A DNA stretch of 64,000 bases from positions 128,001 to 192,000 of the forward strand of contig JAWLBL010000006.1 of assembly GCA_041687695.1 (NCBI GenBank). The letters run 5' to 3'. Positions within the stretch are counted from its first letter, which is position 1. Each line of letters begins with the position of its first letter. Positions 23,456-36,224 of this stretch are shown here, in pieces. Both the position numbers and the translations under genes were made by a program. The notes under the pieces were generated by a model. That model made no database searches and was not told the origin of the DNA. It saw only the letters and a program-made list of their open reading frames with translations. This DNA comes from Myxococcota bacterium. GTDB taxonomy: Bacteria; Myxococcota_A; UBA9042; PHBI01; JAWLBL01.

Positions 23456-24391
23456 ATGGCGAAGCAGGCGCAAGGCAGCGAGCGTGTCCGCGAGATCCTG
23501 AGCTGGTACCGGTCCGACAACCCCGGGGTGTTGACCAACCTGTACCGGCTCTTGATGACGGGCCGCCTCGCCGGCACCGGCAAGCTGGTCATCCTGCCGG
23601 TCGACCAGGGCTTCGAGCACGGCCCGGCGCGCAGCTTCGCCAAGAACCCGCCCGCCTACGACCCGCGCTACCACTTCGAGCTGGCCATCGAGTCGGGCTG
23701 CAACGCCTACGCGGCGCCGCTCGGCGCCATCGAGGCCGGCGCCGCGGACTACGCTGGGCAGATCCCGCTCATCCTCAAGGTCAACAGCAACAACTCGCTG
23801 TTCTCGGACGCCAACCCGGTCTCGGCCGTGACCGCGTCGGTCGACGACGCGATTCGCCTCGGCTGCGTCGGCATCGGCTTCACCATCTACCCGGGCACGA
23901 CGCACTCCAAGCAGATGTTCGAGGAGCTGCGCGAGCTGACCATCGAGGCCAAGCGCAAGGGCCTGGTGGTCGTCACCTGGTCGTACCCGCGCGGCGAGCA
24001 GGTCTCGAAGAACGGCGAGACGGCCATCGACGTCGTCTCGTACGCCGCGCACCTGGCCGCCCAGCTCGGCGCGCACCTCATCAAGGTCAAGCCGCCGACC
24101 GCGCACCTCGAGCAGGACGAAGCGCGCAAGGCCTACCAGGGCCACAACCGGCCCATCGAGACGCTGGCCGACCGCGTGCGCGACGTCGTCCAGTCCTGCT
24201 TCGCCGGCCGGCGCATCGTCATCTTCTCGGGGGGCGCCGCCAAGGGCACCGACGACGTGCTCGAGGAGGTGCGCCAGATCGCCAAGGGCGGCGGCTTCGG
24301 CTCCATCATGGGCCGCAACGCGTTCCAGCGGCCCAAGGACGAGTCCATCAAGCTCCTCCACGACGTCATGGACATCTTCGCGAAGGCGTGA
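23456..24391 (+). CDS. fbaB: Class I fructose-bisphosphate aldolase (DhnA/FbaB type)
   Basis: GTGKLVILPVDQGFEHGP, GFTIYPG, WSYPRG, LGAHLIKVK and GSIMGRNAFQRP motifs. Confidence 0.92.
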   Translation: MAKQAQGSERVREILSWYRSDNPGVLTNLYRLLMTGRLAGTGKLVILPVDQGFEHGPARSFAKNPPAYDPRYHFELAIESGCNAYAAPLGAIEAGAADYAGQIPLILKVNSNNSLFSDANPVSAVTASVDDAIRLGCVGIGFTIYPGTTHSKQMFEELRELTIEAKRKGLVVVTWSYPRGEQVSKNGETAIDVVSYAAHLAAQLGAHLIKVKPPTAHLEQDEARKAYQGHNRPIETLADRVRDVVQSCFAGRRIVIFSGGAAKGTDDVLEEVRQIAKGGGFGSIMGRNAFQRPKDESIKLLHDVMDIFAKA

Positions 24392-25410
24392 TGCGGCAAC
24401 TCGGGTTTCGTACGTTCATCCTGGGGGCGGTCGCGTTCGGCGCGGCCGCCCTGGTCCTGTCCCCCGCGCCCTCGGCCCGCGCCGACGGCGGCGACACCGG
24501 CGACGAGCCCGCCGGCATCCCGCCCGAGACCGTCGGCACCTGGTCGTTCAAGGCCTCGGACCGGCCGGTCAAGGCCATCGTGCTGGGCGGATCGGTCACC
24601 GCGTGGCCCAAGGGCAACTTCGGCCAGTTCCTCGAGGGCGCCTGCAAGCGCGTCGAGGTGGTCAACCGCGGCAAGGCGCGCATCGGCGCCGTGCAGCTCA
24701 AGGAGCGCTTCGTCAAGCAGGTGCTCAGGAACCGCCGCGTCGACCCCAAGGCCCACGAAGAGACGTGGCTGCTGTTCCAGGGCGGCCTGAACTCCATCGG
24801 GACGCCCGAGAAGACCAACAAGTACGTCGCCGACATCTTCAGGCTGGCCTACGAGCACGGCATCAAGACGGTCGGCATCACGCTGGGTCCCTGGGGCGCC
24901 GAGAAGGACAAGAAGCGCTGGGCCGGCGCGCGCGGCCTGCAGTACCTGTCGTACATGCGGCTCGCCGTCGACTTCGTCATGGGCCGCCTGACGCCGGCCG
25001 AGGCCCTGGGGGACCTGGCCAAGGGCCGCGACAGCGCCGAGTGGCTCCCCGGCGAGCTGCCCACCATCGGCGTCGATCTGTACGCCTCCGAGCTGCGCGA
25101 CAAGGACGCGCCGCTACGCGACGGCGAGCGGCTGATGCGGCAGGTGCAGCTCGACGCCTTCGCCAAGCGCAAGCTGGCCGAGGTGGCCGAGGGCGAGCGC
25201 GAGTCCCTGTTGGCCCAGCTGGTCGAGCAGGCCCGCGAGATCCCGCGCTACTTCATGAGGAAAGAGCTGCACGCCTTCGACCACATCCACCCCAACATGG
25301 AGGGGCACCGGGTGATGGCCAAGGCCATCTGCCCCAAGCTGCCGGCCTCCTGGGGCTGCGAGTGCGCGGCCATCGACCGCCTGCAGTGGGGCAAGGGCGG
25401 CCTGCAGTAG
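24391..25410 (+). CDS. Secreted SGNH/GDSL-like hydrolase
   Basis: TGATG overlap with fbaB. Signal peptide, block I-like LGGSVT, block III-like GGLN, and block V DHIHPNMEGHRVMA. Confidence 0.7.
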   Translation: MRQLGFRTFILGAVAFGAAALVLSPAPSARADGGDTGDEPAGIPPETVGTWSFKASDRPVKAIVLGGSVTAWPKGNFGQFLEGACKRVEVVNRGKARIGAVQLKERFVKQVLRNRRVDPKAHEETWLLFQGGLNSIGTPEKTNKYVADIFRLAYEHGIKTVGITLGPWGAEKDKKRWAGARGLQYLSYMRLAVDFVMGRLTPAEALGDLAKGRDSAEWLPGELPTIGVDLYASELRDKDAPLRDGERLMRQVQLDAFAKRKLAEVAEGERESLLAQLVEQAREIPRYFMRKELHAFDHIHPNMEGHRVMAKAICPKLPASWGCECAAIDRLQWGKGGLQ

Positions 25411-25454
25411 CCCGCCCCCGGGCGACGCGGCTCGCTAGACTCTCCGGCTCGCCG

Positions 25455-25607
25455 CCGCTCCGGACTGCACGAGCTCGCCCGTGCTGCGGAGTCGACGGTT
25501 CGCTCCGCTCCGGAGTCGACCCTTCGCTCCGCTCCGGAGTCGACGCTTCGCTCCGCTCCGGACTGCACGAGCTCGCTGGTGCTCCGGCCTGGCGCAGCTC
25601 GCTGCGC
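25455..25607. repeat. Composite intergenic repeat: three 24-bp tandem units flanked by REP-like direct repeats
   Basis: CGGAGTCGACnnTTCGCTCCGCTC x3 at 25487-25558. CCGCTCCGGACTGCACGAGCTCGC occurs at 25455 and again at 25553. Confidence 0.85.
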
Positions 25608-25633
25608 CGAATGGCACGGCGCGTGGCCTCGGG

Positions 25634-26697
25634 CTACTGGCGCTGCTCGAGCCGCCCCAGGACCTCGCGGGCCACGAACGGGTCCGCGATGGCCTCGGCC
25701 CATCTGGCCGCCCGCGCCTCGTCGCCGCGTCGCAGGCTGACCTCGACCAGCGCCGCCCGCGCCTCGTCGGCCTCCGCGCCCGCGCCCTCGGCCAGCCCCT
25801 CCAGCAGCCGCTCGGCCTCGGCCGCTCGCCGGGTCGCCGTCAGCAGCCCCGCCAGGTGCAGCGCCGCCGGCGCCGCGACCGCCGGGCTGCGCTGCAGATC
25901 CCGAAGCGCCCGCTCGGCGTCTCGCGGGCGCCCCAGCGACAGGTCCGCCCGCGCCCGTAGCAGCAGGGCCAGCGGGTCGACCCGCCCCTGCAGCGTCGCC
26001 CGGGCCGCCTCGGGCTCGCCGGCCGACAGGTGCAGCTCGGCGCGGGCGTGGACGTCGTCGCCCAGGGCCCGCTCGAGGCTCGGCCGGCGGTCGCGGCGCA
26101 GGACCAGCAGCGCCTCGCCGGGCACCACGTCCTCGCGGACGGTCACCACGGCGGCGAGCTCGCGCGCGACCGTCCACAGCGCGGGCAGATCGGCGGCCGC
26201 CAGCAGGGCGCCGGGGGCGTGGCGGTCGCGGACGGCGACGTCCAGGACCAGCACCTCGGTCGTGCGGGCCCACAGGGCGCGCAGCGCGTCGTGCACCTCG
26301 GCGTCGTGGTCGTCGGCGTCGGCGCGCGTGTTGAGGGCGCCCGAGCAGACGACGGCCTGGGCGGCCGGGCCGGGGGCGAACGCGTCGGCCAGCGCCAGGT
26401 CCCGGTCCGGCCAGCGCGCGCGCGCGCGGTCGAGGGCCGCGGGGAAGAGGTCCTCGCCGCGGTAGTGGCCCCGGAAGCCGGCCGCGAGCAGCGGGGTCAG
26501 CAGGGCGGCCTCGCCGCAGCCGGCGTCCAGCAGGCGCTCGAGGCGGTCGATCGGCTGCAGCGCCTCGAGGATGGCCGCCTGGCGCACGCGATGGGCGGCG
26601 TCGGACTCCCAGCCGACGCGGCGGGCGGGGGAGGGCGCGTCGGCCAGCGGCGCGTAGAAGCGGTGGGCGGCCCGGCGGCGGCGGTCGGCGTCCGGGG

Positions 26698-26701
<4 letters not shown>
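25634..26701 (-). CDS. Class I SAM-dependent methyltransferase with C-terminal TPR-like region
   Basis: GTGA overlap with the upstream kinase stop. VGW, LLDAGCG, YRGED, VVCSGALN motifs, followed by Ala/Leu-rich helical repeats. Confidence 0.78.
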
Positions 26702-28647
<1,946 letters not shown>

Positions 28648-28732
28648 CGGCGTGAAGCTAGCCCGACCCGGGGCCGCGCGTCCACCGGTCCACAAGCGCC
28701 CAAGGCGTAGCGTCCACCCGCGGCCAAACCGG

Positions 28733-30193
28733 CTAGAGCAGCGGCGACCAGAGCTGGGCGACCGCCTGCGCGATGCGGCGGAAGTAGCCGAGGCGGCGCT
28801 GGGATTCGAGGTCGATCTCCCTCGCGTCGCGGAGGTCGTCGAGGAAGACGCGCGACAGCTCGCGGGTGAAGGCGCTGTCGAAGACCATCACGTTCAGCTC
28901 GTAGCTGAGGTGGAACGAGCGGGTGTCCATGTTGGCCGAGCCGACGGTGGCGACCCAGTCGTCGACCAGCAGGCTCTTGGCGTGCACGAAGCCGCGGGCG
29001 TACTCGAAGATGCGGACGCCGGCCTGCAGCAGATTGGGGTAGTAGGCGCGCGAGGCGAAGTCGACCAGGCGGCTGTCCGAGCGCGAGGGGACGAGCAGGC
29101 GCACGTCGACGCCGCGCAGGGCGGCGGTGACGAGGGCCTGCTCGATGACGGCGTCGGGGATGAAGTAGGGGCTGGTCACCCAGATGCGCTTGCGGGCGAG
29201 GGTGAAGGCCTGAAAAAAGAGCTGGTGCAGCGGCGACCAGGTGCGGTCCGGGCCGGAGTCGACGACCTGCACGACGCTGCCCTCTTCGGCGTCGAGCGGC
29301 GGCTCGGGGTAGTAGCGCGGCTCGTCGAGCAGCTCGCCCGTGGTGGCCAGCCAGTCCTCGGCGAAGGTGCCCTGCAGGGCCAGCGCGGCGGGGCCCTCGA
29401 TGCGGACGTGGGTGTCGCGCCAGTGGCCGACCTCGGGGTTGAGGCCCAGGTACTCGCGGCCCACGTTGATGCCGCCGGTGTAGCCGACCCGGCCGTCGGC
29501 GATGACGATCTTGCGGTGGTTGCGGTAGTCGATGCGGTCGCGGCGGCGCAGGCGGTAGAGCAGGTTGACCGGCGCGTAGTAGGCGGCCTGACCGCCGGCC
29601 TCGACGAGCGGGTCCCAGAAGTCCCCCGGCAGCGCGATGCTGCCCACGGCGTCGCACAGGACCCGGACCTGCACGCCGCGGCGGGCGGTCGCGGCCAGGC
29701 GGTCGCGCAGGGCGCGGCCCGTCTCGTCGGGCTGGATGATGTAGAACAGGACGTGGACGTGGTCGCGGGCGCCCTCGATGGCGTGGATCATCGAGCGGTA
29801 GGTCGCGGCCGCGTTGATGAGGAGGTCGCAGCGGTTGCCGGCGCTGGGCGGGGGGCCTTCGAGGTTGCGGGCGAGCTGCGTGAGGATCTGGGTGCGCGCG
29901 TCGCCGAGGGCGGGGTCCTCGACGCCGCGCGCCTTGCGGACGTACTCGTGCTTCATGAGCACGGCGTCGATGCGGGCCTTGAGGTGGCGGCCCTCGCGGC
30001 GGCGGCGGGCGAGGCGCTTGACGCCGAAGGTCAGGTACAGCAGCACGCCCAGCAGCGGCAGGAGGAACAGGGCCAGCACCCAGGCCATGGTGGCCGCCGG
30101 TTGGCGGCGCTCGAGCAGGACGAAGCCGAAGATGGTGACGAGCTGCAGGAGCAGCACCGCGAGGCCGATGAGCAGGCTGACGTCGACGTTCAT
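28733..30193 (-). CDS. cls: Cardiolipin synthase
   Basis: Two N-terminal TM helices, two HKD motifs (RNHRKIVIADG, HAKSLLVDD), WRDTH, SPYFIPD and GSANMD. Confidence 0.93.
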   Translation of the reverse strand: MNVDVSLLIGLAVLLLQLVTIFGFVLLERRQPAATMAWVLALFLLPLLGVLLYLTFGVKRLARRRREGRHLKARIDAVLMKHEYVRKARGVEDPALGDARTQILTQLARNLEGPPPSAGNRCDLLINAAATYRSMIHAIEGARDHVHVLFYIIQPDETGRALRDRLAATARRGVQVRVLCDAVGSIALPGDFWDPLVEAGGQAAYYAPVNLLYRLRRRDRIDYRNHRKIVIADGRVGYTGGINVGREYLGLNPEVGHWRDTHVRIEGPAALALQGTFAEDWLATTGELLDEPRYYPEPPLDAEEGSVVQVVDSGPDRTWSPLHQLFFQAFTLARKRIWVTSPYFIPDAVIEQALVTAALRGVDVRLLVPSRSDSRLVDFASRAYYPNLLQAGVRIFEYARGFVHAKSLLVDDWVATVGSANMDTRSFHLSYELNVMVFDSAFTRELSRVFLDDLRDAREIDLESQRRLGYFRRIAQAVAQLWSPLL

Positions 30194-30861
30194 CGACGCG
30201 CCTCCGGGGCGGGGACGGCGACGGCGGCCGCGGCGAGGCCGCCGTCGTGGGTCAGGCTGACGAGGATCGGGGGGCCGCCCGGCAGCGCGAGGGCCGGGGC
30301 GCGGTCGGCGCCGCCGGTCCAGGTGGCGGCGGCCGGGTCGGCGGCGGGCAGGAGGGGGCGCAGGGCTAGCAGGGCCGCGGCGCGGGCGGTGGCGGAGGGG
30401 GCGCCGCGGGCGGGGAGGGCGCCCCAGGCGATGGCGTGGGGGGCGGCGCCGGGGGCGTGGGCGGTGGCGAGGGCGAGGACGACGCCGGCGACGCGGGTGA
30501 CGGCCAGGGCGAGGGTGGCGAGGCCGCGGGCCTCGAGGGCGGCGCGGGCGGCCGGGCCCAGATCGAAGGCGAGGCGGCCGTCGGCGGCGGGGACCACGCG
30601 GAAGTCGCCCAGGGGCGCGCCGAGGACGCTGGGGAGGCCGACGGCCTTGAGGGCGGCCTCGCGGGCGGCCCAGGGGACGGCCAGCTCGCCTCCGGGGAAG
30701 GCGTCCAGCTCGGCGGGCGAGAAGATGGCGCGGGCGCGCGTGCCCCAGCGCTCGCGGGCCTGGGCCATGCGCGCAGGCGGGCACAGGTCGATGCCGATCC
30801 CGGCGATCGCCGCGAGGGCGCTGGGTCCGCTGGGGGCGAGCGCGTCCATGGCGGACGTCAT
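30190..30861 (-). CDS. AcpS-like 4'-phosphopantetheinyl transferase, extended
   Basis: GIGID, IFSPAE, WAAREAALKA and C-terminal VSLTHDGGLAAA. ATGA overlap with cls. Start is either 30861 or 30849. Confidence 0.7.
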   Translation of the reverse strand: MTSAMDALAPSGPSALAAIAGIGIDLCPPARMAQARERWGTRARAIFSPAELDAFPGGELAVPWAAREAALKAVGLPSVLGAPLGDFRVVPAADGRLAFDLGPAARAALEARGLATLALAVTRVAGVVLALATAHAPGAAPHAIAWGALPARGAPSATARAAALLALRPLLPAADPAAATWTGGADRAPALALPGGPPILVSLTHDGGLAAAAVAVPAPEARR

Positions 30862-30905
30862 AGCCCGCGGCGAGGGAGCGCGCCAGGATCCTGGGTCCGG
30901 TGGGC

Positions 30906-33032
30906 TCAGGAGGCCAGCTCGGGCATCTCCCTCAGCGCGGCGCGGACCCGGTCCAGGGCGGCCTCGAGCTCGCCGGCCAGCTCGGCGGCGCCGTCGAGAT
31001 CGCCAGCGCGGCCTTGGCGCTCGAGCTGGTAGGCGAGGACGGCCATCTCGAGCGCGCCGACCTCGAGGCAGCTGCCCTTGAGGCTGTGCGCGGCCGCGGC
31101 GACCTCGTCGGCCACCCGCGCCTTGACGCCGTTGTGGATGACCTCGACGCGCTCGGGGGCGTCCTGCAGGAAGGCCTCGAAGATCTCGGCCAGGAAGCTG
31201 TCCGCGCCGGTGGCCTCGAACTCGCGGAACTCGGCCAGCTTGCTGGCGTCGAGCACCGGCTCGACCGGCGCGCGCTCGCCGCGGCGGCCGGCTCGCACGG
31301 CCTCTTGCATCCACTCGCGCGCCACGGTCTGCAGCTTCTTGGGGTCGAGCGCCCCGCTGAGCGTGTCGACGGCGCCGGCCTGCAGCAAGGCCTGCTGCTC
31401 GGCCGCGGCCCGCTCGGAGGTGATCGCGATGACCGGCACCTGGGCGGCCTCCGGGGCGGCGTGCAGCTCGGAGACGACCCGCGCGGCGTCCGAGGTGGGC
31501 TCGGTCGCGTCGACGATGGCCACGCCGTGTCGGCCCTCGGCGATGGCGCGCGCGGCCTCGCGGGGATCGTCGACGACGTCGGGCCAGCAGCCGAGCGCGT
31601 GCAGCGATCGCGCGGCGGTCAGCCGTGACGGGACCGTGCGCATGACCAGCAGGCCCCGCGGGCGGGCGCCGGCGCGCAGATCGGCCAGGCTCTGCGCCGT
31701 GACCAGCGCGTCGCCGGGGTGGCCGGCGCGGGTCTGCGCGGTCTCGACCGGCAGGCCCGTCACGACCGCCAGCATGTCCTGGAGATCGGCGGCCTGCACC
31801 GGCTTGGGCAGCAGCCCCGCCAGCCCGGCCTCGCGCGCCTCGGCGGTCAGATCCCGGTGGCGCTCGGGCGTCAGGCACACGAGGCGCGTGCGATCGTTGG
31901 CGACCAGCTCGCGCAACTCGGCGGCCAGGGCGAAGCCGTCCGCGTCGGGCAGCGGCAGGTCGATGACGATCAGATCGTAGGGGCGCCCGTGGTCGATGGC
32001 CGAGCGGGCCTGCTCGAGGGCATCGGCGGCGGTGGTGACCTCGTAGCCCGAGGCCCCCGCGCGCGCGAGCAGCTCCGTCAGGCCGTGGCGGCTGGCGTCG
32101 TCGCCGCCCGCGACCAGCACCGAGAGGCCGCGCAGGTTGCGGCGCTTGAGCAGGACCGGGCGCATGCCGGGGGGCTCGGGCAGGAGCTTGACGGACAAGC
32201 GAAGCGCCGGGTCGGGATCGACGGCCAGCACGGCGCCGATGCGTGCCAGCGCCTGGCGGCCGGTGTCGGGGTGGGCCCAGGCCTCGGGCACCTCGGCGCC
32301 CGGCGCGGGCGGGGACAGCGCTTGGGCGAGCCGCTCGAGGAGATCCCTCGGCGCGCCCTGGGGGAGCAGCCGGAAGCTCAGCACCAGGGCCTCGTCGCTG
32401 GCGTGCTCGAGGCGGACCTCGACGCCGACGTCGCCGGACGCCCCGTCCCGCGTGACGCAGTCGAGGAGGGTCGCCAGGGCCTGACGCAGGGCGACCCGGT
32501 CGCCGAGGGCCGCCCGCGGGACGCGCCAGTCGAACCAGCTCGTCAGCTTGACGCCCTCGACGTCCAGGTGGCGGGCCATGGTGGTGACCGCTTCGTGAAC
32601 GAGTTGGCGGATGTCGAACTCCACGCCGTTTTGCTCCAGGCGGTCGGTCGCGCGCCCACCGGCGCCGTCCTCGGGGTGGTCTCCCGGGTGGACGAGGCGC
32701 GCGAGGAGCTCACGGGAACGTTTGAGGCGCTCGAGGCACGGCTGCTGTTCGGGCGTCGCCTCCGTCTGTAGCAGCTGGTCGACGGTCTCGACCAGCCCAC
32801 TGACGGATTCGGACGGCAACTGCACGGCCTCGGTGACCTGCTCGTCGGCCCCGGCGTGGGGGGCGACCGCTACCTCGTGGCCGGCGCGTCCGTCACCGTC
32901 CTGGTGCAGCGCGAGGCGCTGGTAGGTCTGGCTGACGCGCCGGATGAGACGCGACCACTGCTCGGGCGAGGGGACGCGGGCCGCGTCGAAGAGCCCGAGC
33001 TCGTGCATCTGCTGCTCGAGGAGGGGGTGCAT
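30906..33032 (-). CDS. Degenerate hybrid histidine kinase-like protein with two REC domains and an Hpt domain
   Basis: BarA/GacS-like layout ([17 protein letters not shown]) without H/N/G boxes. REC1 [15 protein letters not shown]...KPV, divergent REC2, and Hpt AAHSLKGS. Confidence 0.82.
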   Translation of the reverse strand: MHPLLEQQMHELGLFDAARVPSPEQWSRLIRRVSQTYQRLALHQDGDGRAGHEVAVAPHAGADEQVTEAVQLPSESVSGLVETVDQLLQTEATPEQQPCLERLKRSRELLARLVHPGDHPEDGAGGRATDRLEQNGVEFDIRQLVHEAVTTMARHLDVEGVKLTSWFDWRVPRAALGDRVALRQALATLLDCVTRDGASGDVGVEVRLEHASDEALVLSFRLLPQGAPRDLLERLAQALSPPAPGAEVPEAWAHPDTGRQALARIGAVLAVDPDPALRLSVKLLPEPPGMRPVLLKRRNLRGLSVLVAGGDDASRHGLTELLARAGASGYEVTTAADALEQARSAIDHGRPYDLIVIDLPLPDADGFALAAELRELVANDRTRLVCLTPERHRDLTAEAREAGLAGLLPKPVQAADLQDMLAVVTGLPVETAQTRAGHPGDALVTAQSLADLRAGARPRGLLVMRTVPSRLTAARSLHALGCWPDVVDDPREAARAIAEGRHGVAIVDATEPTSDAARVVSELHAAPEAAQVPVIAITSERAAAEQQALLQAGAVDTLSGALDPKKLQTVAREWMQEAVRAGRRGERAPVEPVLDASKLAEFREFEATGADSFLAEIFEAFLQDAPERVEVIHNGVKARVADEVAAAAHSLKGSCLEVGALEMAVLAYQLERQGRAGDLDGAAELAGELEAALDRVRAALREMPELAS

Positions 33033-33275
33033 GGAGCCGCCACGTGCCGCGTGACTCGATCCTCGCCGCGGGCCCGGTCCGGGAGCGGGCGCGCGCCGCC
33101 GCCGGACGGGGCGCCGGCGGGGCCTTCGCGCGAGCGAGGTGCGATGATGGGGGCGGGGCGCCCTGGTCGGGCGCGACCTGCCAACAGCATGATAGACACC
33201 TTCGGGCCGGGCGCGTACATCCCGGGCGGGGTGGGCGCCGTCGGCCCGCTGATAGCGTGGGCGAGGAGAGTGGCG

Positions 33276-34073
33276 ATGAGCATCTTTCGTGAGGACGTCC
33301 TGGCCGGCCGGGTGGCGCTCGTGACCGGCGGCGGCTCGGGCATCTGCCGGGGCATCACCGAGGCCCTGATGCGTCACGGCTGCGACGCGGTCATCACCAG
33401 CCGCAAGCTCGAGCGGCTCGAGGCGGCGGCGGCCGAGCTGAGCGCCGCCACCGGCCGGCGCTGCGTCCCGGTCGCCGCGGACGTGCGCGATCCGGCGGCG
33501 GTCGACGCGGCCATCGACCGCGCCCTGGGCGAGCTGGGCGGGCTGGACATCGTCGTCAACGGCGCCGCGGGCAACTTCCTGTCGCCGGCGGCCGCCCTGA
33601 GCCCCAACGGCTTCCGGACGGTGCTGGACATCGACGCCGCCGGGACCTTCAACGTGTCCAAGGCCGCCTTCACCAAGGCCCTGAACCGGACGGGCGGCGT
33701 CATCCTCAACGTGTCGGCGACCCTGCACTACATCGGCCAGCCCTTCCAGGTGCACGCCGGATCGGCCAAGGCCGCGGTCGACGCGATGACGCGCCACCTG
33801 GCCGTCGAGTGGGGCCCGGCGGGCGTGCGGGTCAACGCCATCGCGCCGGGGCCCATCGGCGACACCGAGGGGATGCGGCGCCTGGCGCCGGGGGATCTGA
33901 AGGCGCGCATGGAGCGCAAGATCCCGCTCGGGCGCTTCGGCCGCGTCTCCGAGATCGCCGACGCGGCGGTCTTCCTGGCCAGCGACGCCGCCAGTTACAT
34001 CACGGGGGCGGTGCTGGTCGTCGACGGCGGGGCGTGGATGACCACGGGCGGCATGGATCTCATGGGCGGCTGA
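33276..34073 (+). CDS. SDR oxidoreductase, 2,4-dienoyl-CoA reductase-like
   Basis: [35 protein letters not shown] and NAIAPGPI motifs. GAGGAG RBS. Confidence 0.88.
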   Translation: MSIFREDVLAGRVALVTGGGSGICRGITEALMRHGCDAVITSRKLERLEAAAAELSAATGRRCVPVAADVRDPAAVDAAIDRALGELGGLDIVVNGAAGNFLSPAAALSPNGFRTVLDIDAAGTFNVSKAAFTKALNRTGGVILNVSATLHYIGQPFQVHAGSAKAAVDAMTRHLAVEWGPAGVRVNAIAPGPIGDTEGMRRLAPGDLKARMERKIPLGRFGRVSEIADAAVFLASDAASYITGAVLVVDGGAWMTTGGMDLMGG

Positions 34074-34219
34074 TCGCCGCGTCGCCGCCTGCGAAATCGG
34101 CGCCCGGTCACCTTGCGCGAGGCGCCGGGCGCCTTTACGGTCAGGGCTGTCCCGAGATCCAGCGGCCGCGCGCGCGGCCCGTCCTCCCAGACATCGACCG
34201 GTGGCCCCTGGAGGTCGCG

Positions 34220-36148
34220 ATGGGTGATCCGAACGTCGCGGCGGGCGTCGACGACAGCCAGCTCCGCGCCTTCATGCGCCGCATCCTGGACGACCTCGAG
34301 GCGCTCGAGCAGATGCTCGAGGGCGGGATGATCGAGTCGGGCGTGCGCCGCATCGGCGCCGAGCAGGAGATGTTCCTGGTCGACCGCGCGGCGGGCCCGG
34401 CCCCCATCGCGCTGCAGGTCCTCGAGACCCTGGGCGATCCGGCGTTCACGACCGAGCTGGCCCTGTTCAACCTCGAGGCGAACCTGCCGCCGCAGCACTT
34501 CGGCGGCCGCTGCCTGAGCGAGATGCACGCCCACCTCGACCGCCTGGTCGCCGCGGCGCGCGAGGCCGCGGCCCGCCACGGCGCCGACGTCCTGCTGACC
34601 GGCATCCTGCCGACCATCGCCCTCGGCGACCTGTCGCTCGACAACATGACGCCCAACCCGCGCTACCTGTCGCTCAACAACACGATGAGCCGGCTGCGCG
34701 GCGGCGCCTTCCGCACGATGATCAAGGGCCTCGACGAGCTGCAGGTCACCCACGACAACATCCTGCTCGAGGCCTGCAACACCAGCTTCCAGGTGCACTT
34801 CCAGGTCGCGCCGCAAGAGTTCGCGCGCCTGTACAACCTGGCCCAGGCGGTGACCGGGCCGGTGCTGGCCGCGGCCGTGAACTCGCCGACCATGCTGCAG
34901 CACCGCCTGTGGCGCGAGACGCGCGTGGCGCTGTTCCAGCAGTCGGTCGACGGCCGGCGCGACGTCCACCAGGCCCGCGGCGACCGCACCCGCGTCCACT
35001 TCGGCGACCGCTGGGTGCGCGAGTCGATCATCGAGCTGTTCCGAGAGGACATCGCCCGCTTCCGCGTCGTGCTGTCGACCGGCGTCGAGGAGGATCCGCT
35101 GGCGCTGGTGGCGCAGGGCATCGCGCCGTCGCTGACCGCGCTGCGCCTGCACAACGGGACCATCTACCGCTGGAACCGGCCCTGCTACGGCGTCACCGAG
35201 GGCAAGCCCCACCTGCGCATCGAGAACCGCGTGCTGCCGTCGGGCCCGACGACGGTCGACGAGGTCGCCAACGCCGCGTTCTTCTTCGGCCTGATGAGCG
35301 CGCTGGGCGACGAGTACGGCGACATCGCGCACGTCCTCGAGTTCGACCACGCCAAGGGCAACTTCACCAGCGCGGCGCGCCACGGCCTGATGGCGCAGCT
35401 GACCTGGATCGGCGGCCAGAACTACAAAGCCTCCGAGCTGATCCTGGACCACCTGCTGCCGCTGGCGCGGCAGGGGCTGGCGGCGCGCAACATCGACGCG
35501 GGTGACGCGGACCGCTACCTGGGGGTCGTCGAGGAGCGCGTGCGCAGCGGGCAGACCGGCGCGCAGTGGGCGCTGCGGTCGCTGGCGTCGATGAACGGGC
35601 ACGGCGGCCAGGGCAAGGAGGGCCGCTTCCGGACGCTGGCGAAGGCGACGCTGGCCCTGCAGAAGCAGGGGCAGCCCGTGCACACCTGGCCGCTGGCCGT
35701 CGCGCAGCCGTCGGCGGCGGACGACTGGCGCGACAGCTACCGGTATGTCGGCCAGATCATGACCCGCGACCTCTTCACCGTGCGACCGGGGGATCTCGTG
35801 GATCTCGCCGCCAGCGTGATGACCTGGGAGCACATCCGCCACGTGCCCGTCGAGGACGACGAGGGCCACCTGGTGGGCCTGGTCAGCCACCGCGATCTGC
35901 TCAAGCTGGTGGGCCGCGGCACGGCGCCGTCGCCGATGGCCGTCGAGAGGATCATGAAGCGCGACGTGCTGACCGTGTCGCCGAAGACCAGCACGCTCGA
36001 GGCGCTGCGGCTGATGCGTGACGCGCGCGTCGGCTGCGTCCCGGTCGTCGAGGACGGGCGCCTGGTGGGCCTGGTCACCGAGACGGATCTCCTGACCGTC
36101 GCCGCGGCCATCATGGAGCACGAGCTGAGCCGCCCCAGCGACGCGTAG
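34220..36148 (+). CDS. Glutamate-cysteine ligase family (GCS2-like) protein with C-terminal CBS pair
   Basis: IGAEQE, TTELALFNLEANL, TSFQVH, HNGTIYRWNRPCY, LRIENRVLP, then two CBS repeats. Confidence 0.85.
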   Translation: MGDPNVAAGVDDSQLRAFMRRILDDLEALEQMLEGGMIESGVRRIGAEQEMFLVDRAAGPAPIALQVLETLGDPAFTTELALFNLEANLPPQHFGGRCLSEMHAHLDRLVAAAREAAARHGADVLLTGILPTIALGDLSLDNMTPNPRYLSLNNTMSRLRGGAFRTMIKGLDELQVTHDNILLEACNTSFQVHFQVAPQEFARLYNLAQAVTGPVLAAAVNSPTMLQHRLWRETRVALFQQSVDGRRDVHQARGDRTRVHFGDRWVRESIIELFREDIARFRVVLSTGVEEDPLALVAQGIAPSLTALRLHNGTIYRWNRPCYGVTEGKPHLRIENRVLPSGPTTVDEVANAAFFFGLMSALGDEYGDIAHVLEFDHAKGNFTSAARHGLMAQLTWIGGQNYKASELILDHLLPLARQGLAARNIDAGDADRYLGVVEERVRSGQTGAQWALRSLASMNGHGGQGKEGRFRTLAKATLALQKQGQPVHTWPLAVAQPSAADDWRDSYRYVGQIMTRDLFTVRPGDLVDLAASVMTWEHIRHVPVEDDEGHLVGLVSHRDLLKLVGRGTAPSPMAVERIMKRDVLTVSPKTSTLEALRLMRDARVGCVPVVEDGRLVGLVTETDLLTVAAAIMEHELSRPSDA

Positions 36149-36224
36149 GCGGCCCGCTCGGGGTGTCGGCGCGGCTGGGAGGCGAGGGCGAGGGCGACGG
36201 CGGCGAACAGGGCGCCGGCCGCGG

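Noticed and set aside
25487..25558. Mini CRISPR array
   Set aside because: The 24-bp units are directly adjacent with only 2 variable bases, there are no spacers, and no cas genes are present.
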